32,000 nucleotides of DNA from an uncultured Oscillospiraceae bacterium (GTDB lineage: Bacteria > Bacillota > Clostridia > Oscillospirales > JAAYOS01), in contig CAZBNJ010000010.1 in NCBI GenBank assembly GCA_964493515.1, forward strand, positions 12,352-44,351, written 5' to 3'. Every line of letters begins with the position of its first letter. The stretch's first letter is position 1. This document shows, piece by piece, positions 1-11,215 of the stretch. Made by a program: the position numbers and the translations under genes. The notes under the pieces are model-generated. The model was not told where the DNA came from, ran no database searches, and saw only the letters and a list, made by a program, of their open reading frames with translations.

Positions 1-2
1 AC

Positions 3-377
3 GTGAGCCGCGCAAGCTGGCGCGCCGCGAGGATATTCGGGCTTAATCCCAACGCCTGCGCGCGTGCGGGACTGCTGCACGACCTGTTTTTCTATGACTA
101 CGCGGCGAGCGGCTTCGGAAGCGAACACATCTATATCCACCCGGTCGAGGCGCTGGCAAACGCGCGCAAGGTGACCGAACTCACCGAGTGCGAGGAGGAG
201 ATAATCCTTCGGCATATGTGGCCGACCTGCGACGGTGTGCCCAAGCACCCGGAGACATATCTGGTGAGCTTCATGGACAAATACTGCGCCACGGCGGAGG
301 GCATGACCTGTATGTGGCTGCGCTGCGTGGGTGCGTGGAGACGCTTTGCCCCCACAGTCGCGAGCGTGAGACGATAA
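3..377 (+). CDS. HD-domain metal-dependent phosphohydrolase, C-terminal part (5' end outside window)
   Basis: The frame is open from the window edge to TAA 375-377. The 'GLLHDLFFYDY' and 'ILRHMWP' segments resemble HD/HDIG-type hydrolases. A hairpin terminator follows. Confidence 0.5.
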   Translation: MSRASWRAARIFGLNPNACARAGLLHDLFFYDYAASGFGSEHIYIHPVEALANARKVTELTECEEEIILRHMWPTCDGVPKHPETYLVSFMDKYCATAEGMTCMWLRCVGAWRRFAPTVASVRR

Positions 378-416
378 GAAAAACGACCGAGAGTCAGGCT
401 CTCGGTCGTTTTTTGT
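378..416. terminator. Bidirectional rho-independent terminator between convergent genes
   Basis: Stem aaaacgaccgagag (380-393) pairs with tctcggtcgtttt (400-413), flanked by an A-run on the left and a T-run on the right. The stop of the minus-strand gene (394-396) lies in the loop. Confidence 0.7.
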
Positions 417-1332
417 TGAACACGTCGGCGTATTCGAGACAGAAGACGGAGACGCGTGATTCGTCGAGCGGAGTGAACTCGTTGAAGAAGTAGACGCTGT
501 CGTCGAGCAGGATGATTGGACAGAGGGTTAGAAGCAGCTCGCCGACGCCGTCGGTGTTCGCGTATCGGAAGCTGCCTCCGCATATGCGGATGACCTCGCC
601 GAGTATCGCGTAGGAGAGGTCGCCCTCACCGGGGCGAGGGATGTCGCGGAGCCGGTCGAAGTCGACCTCCCGCACGTCGCTGAAAAAGGTGAAGAGCACG
701 CGCAGTCCGAAACTGTCGCTGCCTATCTCGATACGGAGCCGCATATCTTTCGCGAGGATGAGCGCGGCGGACAGCGAGTGACGGAACGCCGCCTCGAGAT
801 TCTCGTGCGATGTCAGGCAGGCGGTGTTCGCGCTTATGTCGATGTGCGGGTCAAACCGCGCGCCGGCTTCCGCAAGCGAGTTTTGCGCCTCGAGGGCGAG
901 CTTGCGAAACAGCGGCTCTACACCGCACTGTTCGTCTTGAGGTTCGTCCCGCCGAGCGATGAGACGCAGCAGCACGACGGTCTGCGAGACGCATCGCAGC
1001 AGATGCGCGGCGGAGGGAGAGATGTCCGCTATCGAGCGCATAGGATGTCCCAGATGTTCCGCCGCGCACTCGGCGACGTCCGCATCGGCTATCTCGCACA
1101 GCGCGTACAGCCACTCGAGCGCGCGGAACATATCGTCCGTGTATGGCTCGCTGTCGGGAAGGAACAGCGCCACATCGTCGTCGAGACGCTTGAACCGACC
1201 GGAATTCAGGTCGTAATCGGACAGGTTGGTCGCCGCGGAGTTGAGCGGCACGAACCCGCCGTCTGTCATGACGAGGACGGGGAAGGGCGCGGCGGCGCAG
1301 GCGGGGGCTATCAGCTTTTTCAGGTTAGTCAT
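394..1332 (-). CDS. Hypothetical protein (312 aa), no recognisable family
   Basis: Long ORF. An internal ATG at 1332 is preceded by GGAGGAAAT (revcomp of 1333-1345), giving MTNLKKLIAP.... GC3-rich codon usage matches the neighbours. Confidence 0.6.
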   Translation of the reverse strand: MTNLKKLIAPACAAAPFPVLVMTDGGFVPLNSAATNLSDYDLNSGRFKRLDDDVALFLPDSEPYTDDMFRALEWLYALCEIADADVAECAAEHLGHPMRSIADISPSAAHLLRCVSQTVVLLRLIARRDEPQDEQCGVEPLFRKLALEAQNSLAEAGARFDPHIDISANTACLTSHENLEAAFRHSLSAALILAKDMRLRIEIGSDSFGLRVLFTFFSDVREVDFDRLRDIPRPGEGDLSYAILGEVIRICGGSFRYANTDGVGELLLTLCPIILLDDSVYFFNEFTPLDESRVSVFCLEYADVFNKKRPRA

Positions 1333-1475
1333 ATTTCCTCCGATTGCGGAGCGTGTGTTGGGAACTATTCTATATAAGTATAGCAATTTTTCGACAGATT
1401 TCAACCCATTTCGACGATTTGGGGTGCGCGCCCGAAAAATTAGCGGTAAAACTTTCACAAACTTCAAAAAAGCTC

Positions 1476-2580
<1,105 letters not shown>

Positions 2581-2596
2581 TTCGGACGAACGCAAA

Positions 2597-2633
2597 GAAA
2601 AGGACGTACCCTCGGGTACGTCCTTTTTTGTTT
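2597..2633. terminator. Bidirectional rho-independent terminator (gap / peptidase)
   Basis: aaaggacgtaccc-tcg-ggtacgtccttt hairpin followed by TTTTTGTTT, with an A-rich left flank. Confidence 0.8.
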
Positions 2634-2637
2634 GCGC

Positions 2638-3912
2638 TTAAAGCTCCGGGTCGAGTCCGAGCAGCAGTATTCCGAGATTGTCGCGATATATCGTCGGAAA
2701 CTGAGTTAGCGGCAGCGGATTTATTCCCTCGCCGACCTCTATCGTGTAGCCCGGGCGGTTCCAGTCCTGGATGAACCAGTCCTTGTAGCCCGCGTAGCCG
2801 CTCTCCGACGGTGTCAGCTCGACGTCGTAGCCGCTCGCTTTGCCCATGCGCTCTGCAATCTCGCGCGAACCAGTCGGCTCATAGTCGAGATATTTCCAGT
2901 AGATGACCCGTCCCTGCGTGTGATAGGCGAGGATGAGCGCGTAGTCCTGCGAGCGGGTGAGTGCCGCCATCGCCGCGCTCTCCGGTTCGCTGAGAGGCTC
3001 AAGCCCTACATAGTCGCGCGGCGCGGGCTTGTCGTAGCCCTGTGCGAATTTAATTGTGCGGGCGTTCTCCCAGCCGGCGGGATAGTTCAGATTTAGGTCG
3101 ACGCCGCGTATGTTCGCCTTCCAGCCGCTCGGGAAGGGTATCTGCGGAAAATCGTCGGAAATGGCTTTCGCGTGGGCGTATGCCTCGCCGCCGATCACGC
3201 CCTGCACAAGGTCGACGCCGTCGGGATTTACCAGCGGCACGACGGTCAGCGTGGTCTCGCGGTAGAGCCGTCGCGCGCTCTCGCCGCCGATGAGGCCGCT
3301 CTCGCTGTACGCGCGGGCGTAGTCCTCGACGAACTTGAGCAGCAGCGGGGTGGTTATCCACTCGTTTGCGTGATGGGACGCGTTATAGCCGACCTTCCGC
3401 TTGCCGATGCCGAACTCAAGCGAGCGTATGTCACGGCCAAGTACGCTCTTGCCGACAGAACCGTTTCGTATGGTCGGGTATCGAGCGGCGAGCCCCTGGC
3501 AGACGAACCGCACGAGCAGCGATGTGTAGGGAACGCTGGTCGGCACGACGGGGAAGTCGAGCGGCACGATGACCGTAGAACCTATCTGCAGATTCTGCGG
3601 GTCGAGCGTCGGGTTCGCGATGCGCAGCGCGGTTATGCTGGTCGAGTGCATATTCGCGATGCGCCAGAAGCTGTCACCCTCGTGCACCGTGTGTTCGATG
3701 TAGCCGACGATATACGGCATGAGAGCCATCCATGTGTTCGCGCCGACTATGCCGTCCGCCACAAGCCCTTTGTGACGCTGAAACTCCTCGACCGCGCGTC
3801 GGGTGTCCGCTCCGAATCGCAGGTCGACATCGACCGGAAATCCCGCTCGCGTGAGCGCAAGCTGTATAAGCCCGACCTCCGCCGAGCGCATACCTTCTTT
3901 GGTCATATCCAT
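2638..3912 (-). CDS. M14-family gamma-D-glutamyl-(L)-diamino acid peptidase with N-terminal peptidoglycan-binding and LysM domains
   Basis: ATG at 3912 is preceded by GGAGGTGAT. The protein has a PG_binding-like segment (LRFGADTRRAVEEFQRHKGLVADGIVG), a LysM-like segment (HTVHEGDSFWRIANMHSTSITALRIANP), the HHANEWIT zinc motif and a carboxypeptidase-like core. Confidence 0.85.
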   Translation of the reverse strand: MDMTKEGMRSAEVGLIQLALTRAGFPVDVDLRFGADTRRAVEEFQRHKGLVADGIVGANTWMALMPYIVGYIEHTVHEGDSFWRIANMHSTSITALRIANPTLDPQNLQIGSTVIVPLDFPVVPTSVPYTSLLVRFVCQGLAARYPTIRNGSVGKSVLGRDIRSLEFGIGKRKVGYNASHHANEWITTPLLLKFVEDYARAYSESGLIGGESARRLYRETTLTVVPLVNPDGVDLVQGVIGGEAYAHAKAISDDFPQIPFPSGWKANIRGVDLNLNYPAGWENARTIKFAQGYDKPAPRDYVGLEPLSEPESAAMAALTRSQDYALILAYHTQGRVIYWKYLDYEPTGSREIAERMGKASGYDVELTPSESGYAGYKDWFIQDWNRPGYTIEVGEGINPLPLTQFPTIYRDNLGILLLGLDPEL

Positions 3913-4007
3913 GAAATCACCTCCGTCGTCAAAGTATATGCGGCGTCTTGCGTGATTTGACAAGGTGTGATAAAATGGGGAAGAAAATGAATTCGGTGGG
4001 TGAGGAT

Positions 4008-4607
4008 ATGCGCGGAAAGTTCATTGTGTTTGAGGGACCGGACGGCTCGGGAAAGACCACGCAGCTTGGCAGGGTCGCGTCGGCGCTCGAATCGGCGGGC
4101 AGGCACATCAAATGCGAGTGCGAGCCGACCGGCGGCGAGATAGGCAGGCAGATACGCCGCGCGCTTGGCGGTGAGACAGATTGCACGCCGGAGACGCTCG
4201 CGCTGCTGTTCGCCGCCGATCGCTGCGAGCACGTCCACGAGATGGAGGCACTGCTTGAAGGCGGGGACACCGTGTTCTGTGACCGCTATGTGTTCTCGTC
4301 CATCGCGTATCAGGGGCTTGAGCTGGATGTCGATTGGGTAGCCGAGATAAACCGACGCGCGACCGAACGGCTGCTGCCCGACGCGGTGGTGTACATCGAC
4401 CTTCCGACCGAGAGCTGCATGGCGCGGATAGCGAGCGGCCGCACGCACACCGAGATATTTGAGACGACCGAGCGCATCGCGAAGGTGCGTGAAAACTATG
4501 AGCGGGCGTTCGCGATGTTCCCGGATTTGAAGCTCATCCGTATCGACGGCGCGCAGTCGATAGAGGACGTGACGCGGGATATAGTCGCGAGACTGTCCGA
4601 CATTTGA
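4008..4607 (+). CDS. tmk: dTMP (thymidylate) kinase
   Basis: ATG 4008 follows GGTGAGGA. The protein has the P-loop FEGPDGSGKTT and a DRY-type motif (CDRYVFSSIAYQG). Confidence 0.92.
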   Translation: MRGKFIVFEGPDGSGKTTQLGRVASALESAGRHIKCECEPTGGEIGRQIRRALGGETDCTPETLALLFAADRCEHVHEMEALLEGGDTVFCDRYVFSSIAYQGLELDVDWVAEINRRATERLLPDAVVYIDLPTESCMARIASGRTHTEIFETTERIAKVRENYERAFAMFPDLKLIRIDGAQSIEDVTRDIVARLSDI

Positions 4608-4640
4608 GGTAGTGTCAGGCTTTTTGCCGAGAGGAGATAT

Positions 4641-5285
4641 ATGAGTAACCGCACGTTTGGATTTTTCAGCGGTTTTCCCGACCGTCACTTCCCGCATGAG
4701 ATAGCGAATCGGCTCGGCGAGGCGCTCGACGACCGGAAAAGCCTCGTCTTTGTCAGCGCGTGGCCGTCCGACCATGAGCGAAACGACGACGATTCGGACG
4801 GTATGCACGATATGTTTGTCGAGTGCGGGCTTGGGTTCGAGCGGCACTGCGTGATAGATGACAGGACGGACGTGGCAAACGCGGCGCGGCTGATACGCGA
4901 GGCGTCCTGCGTGTTTCTGATGGGCGGACACCCCGGATTGCAGTTTCAGCTGATACGCAGGCTGGGCCTGGACAGTGCGATACGCGAGGGAAATTCGGTG
5001 GTGCTCGGCGTCAGTGCGGGGTCGATAAACATGGCAAAGCGCTCGCTTGACACCAAGGAGTCGCTTGTCCCATACGACGGGATCGGGCTTGCGGATGTCA
5101 CGATAAAACCGCATTTTGAGCTTGATGACCGGCAGGTGCTTGCAGATTTGATCCGGGTCTCGGCGGAGCTTCCCATCTACGCCACCACAGACAACAGCGC
5201 CATTTTTGTGACCGATGAAGGCGTCTCGTATATCGGAGAGATATATTTGGTCGACAAGGGCGAGATAGTGCCTGTTTCGCGGTGA
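4641..5285 (+). CDS. Peptidase E-like / S51 family (type-1 glutamine amidotransferase-like fold) protein
   Basis: RBS GAGAGGAGA precedes the start. 'VLGVSAGSINM' fits the S51 nucleophile-Ser context and the length is about 214 aa. Confidence 0.7.
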   Translation: MSNRTFGFFSGFPDRHFPHEIANRLGEALDDRKSLVFVSAWPSDHERNDDDSDGMHDMFVECGLGFERHCVIDDRTDVANAARLIREASCVFLMGGHPGLQFQLIRRLGLDSAIREGNSVVLGVSAGSINMAKRSLDTKESLVPYDGIGLADVTIKPHFELDDRQVLADLIRVSAELPIYATTDNSAIFVTDEGVSYIGEIYLVDKGEIVPVSR

Positions 5286-5304
5286 ATTTTTTGAAGAAAT
5301 ACAA

Positions 5305-5339
5305 CAAAAAAGAGACACGCTGAGCGTGCCTCTTTTTGA
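5305..5339. terminator. Bidirectional rho-independent terminator
   Basis: agagacacgc-tgag-gcgtgcctct hairpin (5311-5333) flanked by an A-run and a T-run, between convergent genes. Confidence 0.8.
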
Positions 5340-5347
5340 TTTCCGAA

Positions 5348-8300
5348 CTATTCGATGCTCTTGAGCGACTCGACCATGTCGATGCGCTTTATCTTGAGGT
5401 GCGCGGCGAGGTTTACGAGCACCGAGAACACCACCGTAAGCACTCCCGCCCAGACGTAGTTCATCGCGTGCGGCACCCGTCCGAACATGACCAGATCGAT
5501 CTCCACCGTCATGACCAGCCAGTGGTGCAGGAAGTAGCCGCCGAACAGCCCGACCGCGAGACCGAACAGCGTAAGCATTATGTTTTCGCGGTAGACATAG
5601 GCGGACACCTCGCCGTCGAAGAAGCCGAGCACCTTCAGCGTCGCAAGCTCGCGCACGCGCTCGGTGATGTTAATATTCGTCAGGTTATAGAGCACCACAA
5701 ACGCAAGCGCAGCCGCCGCGGTGATTATGACCACCACCGCGTAGTTCACGCTTGCGAGGCGGTCGTCAAAGTTGTCGCGCAGCGCGGACACGCGGGTCGC
5801 GCCTGCTACGCCGTCTATTTCGAGGAGTGCGCGGCTCAGCTCGTCCTCCGCGCCGTCGGTGGCGGAATATTTCGCAAGCACGGTGGTGAGCTGCGGCTGC
5901 TGCCCGAACAGCTGCTCATAGTAGGCGGGGGAGATGTAGACATAGTGCATGGCGTAGTTCTCGACGATGTCGGCTATCCTTGCCTCGACCCGCTCGCCGT
6001 CGTTCAGTGTGATGTAGTCGCCCACGCCGAGGTCGAGCAGCTCGGACAGCTTTTCGGTTATCAGCACGCCGTCATCGCTGAGCGCGACCGGGGTGTGGTC
6101 GGAGCGATACCGCAGCTTGACGAAGTTGTCCACGCGCGTCGGTTCGACGCAGAAGAGGTACGCGCTTTCGGTGCGAGCGTCGCTTGCGACGTCTATCGTA
6201 AGCTGGCGCGCCGCAAGCCTGTCCTCAAGCATATCCAGCCCGTCGAACTGCTCGTCGATGCGCGCGAGCTGTTCGGCGGTCAGGTCGTCCTCCAGACCTA
6301 TCGCGCTCTGGTAGACGAAGATCTCGTCGAACTGTATCTCGAGGATGTCGTATATCGAGTCGTGCAGACCGAAGCCGGTGATCATCAGCGCGGTGCAGCC
6401 CGCTATGCCGATGACGGTCATAAAGAAACGCTTTTTGTAGCGGAAAAGGTTGCGTCCGGTAACTTTTCCAATGAAGTTCAGGCTGTTCCACAGCGGTTTT
6501 ATCCGCTCGATGAACACACGCTTGCCCGGTTTGGGCGCGCGCGGACGAAGAAGGGTCGCAGGGGTGGCGGTGAGCGTCGACAGGCTTGCCCACAGGCTCG
6601 CGCCGACGGTACACAGCACCGCGGCGGCTATCGACGCTATCGTGATGCCCCAGTCCATCGGTATGAGCAGGTCGCCGGGCACCGAGTAGAGTATCTGCCA
6701 TGCGGCGAAGATTATCATCGGTATCACCGTTTCGCCCATAGCTACACCGAGCATCGAGCCAATGAGGCTTGACAGCAGTCCGTAGCCAACATACTTCGAC
6801 GATATAGCGAGCGGGGAGTATCCGATCGAACCGAGCGAGCCTATCTGTGTGCGCTGCTCCTCGACCATGCGCGTCATTGTGGTGAGACACACCAGTGCCG
6901 CCACGACAAAGAAGATGACCGGGAAGATGTTCGCGAGGTTGGACACGCGCTCCGCGTCCTGCGAGAACGCGGCATAGCCGACGTTTGCGTCGCGGCTGAG
7001 GACATACCATGTGCAGTCGTCCAGCTTGTCTATCTCGCGGCGCGCGTCGGCGAGCTTCTCATCTGCCTCCGCCTTTGCGTCGAGATATTCGGCAAGTCCG
7101 TCGGCGTACTCGCGCTCGCCGTCCGCAAGCTCGGCTTCTGCGTCGTCGATCTTTGCCTGAGCGTCGGCGGTCTGCTCCTCAAGCTCGGTCTCGGCGTCGA
7201 ACAACTGCGCGCGGCCGTCCCGCAGCTCACGCTCGCCGCTCGTCAGCTTCGCGAGCGATTCCTCAAGCTGTGTGCGGCCCGCCGCAAGCTCGGCATCCGC
7301 CGCCGCGAGCTGTTCCGCGACCGCGTCGAGCTGCTGTTTGGTGGCGTCAAGGGTCTGCTTTGCCGCATCCAACTGTTCCTTCGCGGCGGCAAACTCCGGC
7401 TCTTTGGACGCTATCTCAGAACGGATAGCGGCGATGGTGCCGAGCGTCACCGGGTCATCCGCGCCGGAAGCCTCGAGCACCGCGAGCTGAGCTTTCGCCT
7501 GCTCGAGAGCCTCCGCTCCGGCGGTGTACTGCGCGAGGTTCGACTCGTATTCGGCAAGCCCCGCGTCATACCGCGCGCGACCTTCGCCAAGCTGATAGAG
7601 TGCCACGCGGTACTCGCTTTCGCGCATATCAAGCTCCTCCGCCGCCGCGTCAAAGTCTGTCCGACCCTGGATAAGCTCGGCTTCGGCGTCGTCCAGCTTC
7701 CTGCGGTTTTCCTCTATCTCGCGGCGCGCGTCGGCGGTCTGCTCCTCAAGCTCCGCCTTTGCGTCGGCAAGCTCGGCGTAGCCGTCGTCCAACTTCTTGC
7801 GAGCGTCGTCCAGTTCGGCCTGCGCCTTGGACAGCTCCTCGTCCGCCTCGGCTTTCGCGTCGTTGTACTCGGCCTCCGCCTCGTCGCGTATCTCCTGTGC
7901 CCGCATTGCTGCGCGCTCGTCGGCAAAGCTCTCGTTTCGGTCGATGAATCCGTCGACCAGCGCGTCGTATTCGTCGGTGTATGCCTGAAGCTCCCGCGCC
8001 CCGACGAGCGTCAGGTGGGCTTCGGTGTAGTAGTCGAGCGCAAACGCGCCGCGCGGCAGGTAGACAAACGCCTTGACCTGACCGGTGCCTATCGACGCGC
8101 TGCCGCGCTCGATGGACAGATAGCTCGAGCTGTCCACGGTGCCGACTATCGTATATTCCCGCCCCGCGAGCGAATCGTCGTCGGACGGCGCGAGGGTGAA
8201 CGTGTCGCCGAGTTCAAGCCCGAGTATATCGAGCAGCGCCTGCTCGGTCACGCACTCGCCGTCATTTTCGGGAAGGCGTCCCTCGACCTGATGTACAAGG

Positions 8301-8650
8301 TTTATTTCGTCGCCGAGCGCGTGCAGCTTGACTATCGCGTCGGAGTAGGGAGAGCTTGCCAGCGCGTCGAGCGACCAGTTGCCCTCGGCAGCCTCCACGC
8401 CGTCGAGCGCGCGCAGGGCGTCGATGTCGCCGTCGGTCACACCGAGGGTGGACAGCACCCGCACATCGCCGAGCCGCGTATCGTCGAAGTACACGTCCGC
8501 GGTGTGGCGCATATCCGGCGCGGTGGTGCGAAGCCCGGAGAAGAAGGACGTCGCGAGCATACATAAAAGCGTTATCGAAAGGAATCGCCCGAACGTGCCG
8601 CGTATCTCGCGCAGCGTGTCGGTGCGAAGGCGGTGCCTGCGCTTTACCAT
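5348..8650 (-). CDS. ABC transporter permease, FtsX/MacB family, two FtsX modules plus a very long coiled-coil extracytoplasmic insert (1100 aa)
   Basis: RBS GGAGGAAATAGA precedes ATG 8650, which overlaps the upstream ATPase stop. There is an N-terminal TM, a ~330-aa Ala/Glu/Asp-rich heptad-like region (residues ~235-560), then two blocks of TM helices typical of FtsX domains. Confidence 0.85.
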   Translation of the reverse strand: MVKRRHRLRTDTLREIRGTFGRFLSITLLCMLATSFFSGLRTTAPDMRHTADVYFDDTRLGDVRVLSTLGVTDGDIDALRALDGVEAAEGNWSLDALASSPYSDAIVKLHALGDEINLVHQVEGRLPENDGECVTEQALLDILGLELGDTFTLAPSDDDSLAGREYTIVGTVDSSSYLSIERGSASIGTGQVKAFVYLPRGAFALDYYTEAHLTLVGARELQAYTDEYDALVDGFIDRNESFADERAAMRAQEIRDEAEAEYNDAKAEADEELSKAQAELDDARKKLDDGYAELADAKAELEEQTADARREIEENRRKLDDAEAELIQGRTDFDAAAEELDMRESEYRVALYQLGEGRARYDAGLAEYESNLAQYTAGAEALEQAKAQLAVLEASGADDPVTLGTIAAIRSEIASKEPEFAAAKEQLDAAKQTLDATKQQLDAVAEQLAAADAELAAGRTQLEESLAKLTSGERELRDGRAQLFDAETELEEQTADAQAKIDDAEAELADGEREYADGLAEYLDAKAEADEKLADARREIDKLDDCTWYVLSRDANVGYAAFSQDAERVSNLANIFPVIFFVVAALVCLTTMTRMVEEQRTQIGSLGSIGYSPLAISSKYVGYGLLSSLIGSMLGVAMGETVIPMIIFAAWQILYSVPGDLLIPMDWGITIASIAAAVLCTVGASLWASLSTLTATPATLLRPRAPKPGKRVFIERIKPLWNSLNFIGKVTGRNLFRYKKRFFMTVIGIAGCTALMITGFGLHDSIYDILEIQFDEIFVYQSAIGLEDDLTAEQLARIDEQFDGLDMLEDRLAARQLTIDVASDARTESAYLFCVEPTRVDNFVKLRYRSDHTPVALSDDGVLITEKLSELLDLGVGDYITLNDGERVEARIADIVENYAMHYVYISPAYYEQLFGQQPQLTTVLAKYSATDGAEDELSRALLEIDGVAGATRVSALRDNFDDRLASVNYAVVVIITAAAALAFVVLYNLTNINITERVRELATLKVLGFFDGEVSAYVYRENIMLTLFGLAVGLFGGYFLHHWLVMTVEIDLVMFGRVPHAMNYVWAGVLTVVFSVLVNLAAHLKIKRIDMVESLKSIE

Positions 8651-9345
8651 TCTATTTCCTCCACCGGCTTGGGATTGGCGTTGAGTTCAACCGATGCTAT
8701 TTTGCCGCTGCGGACGCGAATGATACGGTCCGCCATCGGCGTAATGGCGGAGTTGTGGGTTATGACGACCACTGTCATGCCGCGCTCGCGGCAGGTGGAG
8801 TGCAGCAGTCCGAGTATCGACTTGCCGGTGACATAGTCGAGCGCGCCGGTCGGCTCGTCGCAAAGAAGCAGCTTTGGATTTTTCGCGAGCGCGCGGGCTA
8901 TCGCGACGCGCTGCTGTTCGCCTCCGGACAGCTGCGCGGGAAAGTTCTGCATGCGCGACTCGAGACCCACATCGCGCAGCACCTGCTCGGGAGAGAAAGG
9001 ATCGCGCGCTATCTCGGTGGCAAGCTCGACATTTTCGAGCGCGGTGAGATTCTGCACAAGGTTGTAAAACTGAAACACGAAGCCGATATCGTGGCGGCGG
9101 TATTCGGTCAGTTGTCTGCGATTGTACGCGCTGACCGAGCTGCCGTCGACGACTATCTCGCCGCCGGTGCAGCTGTCCATCCCGCCAAGCAGGTTGAGAA
9201 GGGTGGTCTTGCCCGCGCCGGACGGTCCGACTACCACCGCAAACTCGCCCTTTTCTATCTCAAAACTCGCGTTTTCAAGCGCGGAAATGGAAACTTCGCC
9301 CATTTTGTAGGTCTTTTGCACGTTTGAAAGTTTTATGTAGCTCAT
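8644..9345 (-). CDS. ABC transporter ATP-binding protein (MacB/LolD-like)
   Basis: Walker [10 protein letters not shown], signature LSGGEQQR and Walker B LLLCDEPT. The start was chosen at [11 protein letters not shown] (ATG 9345). The stop overlaps the permease start. Confidence 0.93.
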   Translation of the reverse strand: MSYIKLSNVQKTYKMGEVSISALENASFEIEKGEFAVVVGPSGAGKTTLLNLLGGMDSCTGGEIVVDGSSVSAYNRRQLTEYRRHDIGFVFQFYNLVQNLTALENVELATEIARDPFSPEQVLRDVGLESRMQNFPAQLSGGEQQRVAIARALAKNPKLLLCDEPTGALDYVTGKSILGLLHSTCRERGMTVVVITHNSAITPMADRIIRVRSGKIASVELNANPKPVEEIEW

Positions 9346-9450
9346 GGATGCTCTCGCTTTCGTTGGTCTTGATGTAGTGTAGTATAACATATAATTGTGA
9401 ACGAATTGTAAATAAGGCACCGAATGCGCAGCAAAATTTCGACGCTTTCC

Positions 9451-9478
9451 TTGATATTTTATGGCAGTAGTGTATAAT
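9451..9478 (+). promoter_or_regulatory. Putative sigma-A promoter of the zinc-ribbon/hydrolase/GNAT operon
   Basis: TTGATA (9451-9456), 16-nt spacer, TATAAT (9473-9478). Confidence 0.45.
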
Positions 9479-9550
9479 AATGGGTAGCGGGGCTTTGGCT
9501 GTTTTCGTCAGTCGAGGCCGCGACGGACAAGGAAGGGAGAAGTCGAAACG

Positions 9551-11215
9551 GTGAGATGTGAACAGTGCGGTGCGGAAGTCGCGAAGGGCGAGACCTTCTG
9601 CCATGTGTGCGGCGCGCGCGTGAACAGCGCGGCGGTCGAAAAGAAACCGGCTGTCGATAATAAACATACGGCGGAGAAAAAGTCTGCCCCGACCGAAAAA
9701 AGAACGGAGGACAAGTCCGAGGCGAAGCGGCCGCAGAAGCCGTCGAACGGGGGAAAGCTCCTGTCCATCGCGCTGATAGGCATAGTCATCGCGGTTGCGG
9801 CGGTGGCTCTTACCATCGTGCTCGCAAAGATGGGCAGATCGACGATGATGGAGCGGGACGACGACCGCCCGTTTGGCGTGATGACAGAAGGCGTCGCGGG
9901 AAGCGGTGAGCGGTTTGCACTCTACTCGGCGGAGGGCGAGTGCCTTGCCGCGGCTATCGGCGAGTGGACGTATGACGAGAGCAGTTGGAACGGCACGTCG
10001 GCGCTGGTGGACGACAGGGGGAACCTGACCGTTGCGACGAAAAAGGGCGCAAGCGCGGTGTCCGACTCGGTCTATGCCGCATGGGTGTGCGCCGACGGAA
10101 GCCGCGTCGCATATCTGAAAAACTACGGCTCCTACGGCGATCTGTATGTCTATAACGTCGCAAAGGGCACGAGCACGCCGATAGACACGAGCGTCCACGA
10201 CAGCCTTGGCATCGCCATGTCGCCGAGCGGCGAGACGATATGCTACACCGTCTATGACGCGGCGAGCGACGCTGACCACATCCGTATGAGCAAGAGTCAG
10301 AAGAAGGGCGAGCGCATACTCGACTGCGAGTGGGTGCTTGCCGTCAGCGACGACGGAAACTGTATGTACTTTGTGAACAAGGGCAGGGTGTACGCGATGA
10401 ACAGCGGCTCGCGCGTCCGCATATGTGAGCTGGACGACATCGACGCGGGGATAAATCCCATGTTCAACGCCGACTGCACCGAGATGCTCTATCAGTACGC
10501 GACAAGCAATTCGCCGCGCATATTCGCGGACGGCGAGGAGCACGAGGTCGAGTGGCTGGGCATGCTGCACGGCGAACCGCTGTCGGTGTTCGGCGAGGGC
10601 GGCTTTGACTATGTGAATATACTGCGCATAAAGAGCTTTTTCGGCGCAGCCATGTGGGGACAGAGCGGCGTGGGCTATGAGAACGAAAACGGTCAGGTGT
10701 TCATCCCCGGCAAATTTTCCGACGCGGTGATCTCGGCGGACGGCCGCAAGATAGCGGTGGCAGACATGCCGTTGACGATATCCGCGCGACAGGCGTGTAT
10801 TGCGGTGTACAAGATGAACGACAAGGGCGCGGAGCCTGAATCCGAGTACGCGCCGGAGGCGTTGGCGACCGGGCTGTATGCCGACGAAAAGCTCGGCAAC
10901 ATCTACTTCACGAACTCGCGCGGTGAGCTGTGGCACATCGGCGGCAAGAAGATGAACATGGTCTCCGCCGACGTGTCCATGGTCTGCATGGGCGGCGACG
11001 GCGACCTGTACTTCATGTACGACGGCGTGGTGCTCTGCCGCGCGAACGGCTCGGAGCGTGTGTCGGTCGAGCGCCGCGAGGGAGTGACGGGCATAACCGC
11101 AGTCCCACAGGGAGTGGCGGTCATGACCACGCGCGACGGCGCGATATACTATCGCAACGGCGGCGAGGGCGTGCGGCTGCCGGTGTCGGTCGCGCCCGCA
11201 ACGGAGGCAAAGTGA
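9551..11215 (+). CDS. Zinc-ribbon membrane protein with extracytoplasmic beta-propeller-like repeats (TolB/DUF5050-like)
   Basis: GTG start after GGGAGAAG. The N-terminus reads CEQCG...CHVCG (zinc ribbon), followed by a Lys-rich linker and one TM (LLSIALIGIVIAVAAVALTIVLA). Recurrent '(S/A)xDGxxhxY' blade-like segments follow. Confidence 0.75.
   Translation: MRCEQCGAEVAKGETFCHVCGARVNSAAVEKKPAVDNKHTAEKKSAPTEKRTEDKSEAKRPQKPSNGGKLLSIALIGIVIAVAAVALTIVLAKMGRSTMMERDDDRPFGVMTEGVAGSGERFALYSAEGECLAAAIGEWTYDESSWNGTSALVDDRGNLTVATKKGASAVSDSVYAAWVCADGSRVAYLKNYGSYGDLYVYNVAKGTSTPIDTSVHDSLGIAMSPSGETICYTVYDAASDADHIRMSKSQKKGERILDCEWVLAVSDDGNCMYFVNKGRVYAMNSGSRVRICELDDIDAGINPMFNADCTEMLYQYATSNSPRIFADGEEHEVEWLGMLHGEPLSVFGEGGFDYVNILRIKSFFGAAMWGQSGVGYENENGQVFIPGKFSDAVISADGRKIAVADMPLTISARQACIAVYKMNDKGAEPESEYAPEALATGLYADEKLGNIYFTNSRGELWHIGGKKMNMVSADVSMVCMGGDGDLYFMYDGVVLCRANGSERVSVERREGVTGITAVPQGVAVMTTRDGAIYYRNGGEGVRLPVSVAPATEAK

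Noticed and set aside
7000-7950. Repetitive G+C-rich DNA in the permease gene, considered as a possible tandem repeat or CRISPR-like array.
   Set aside because: The repeats are in-frame coiled-coil coding duplications (ELEEQTADA... motifs) of irregular spacing, not a spacer-repeat array.
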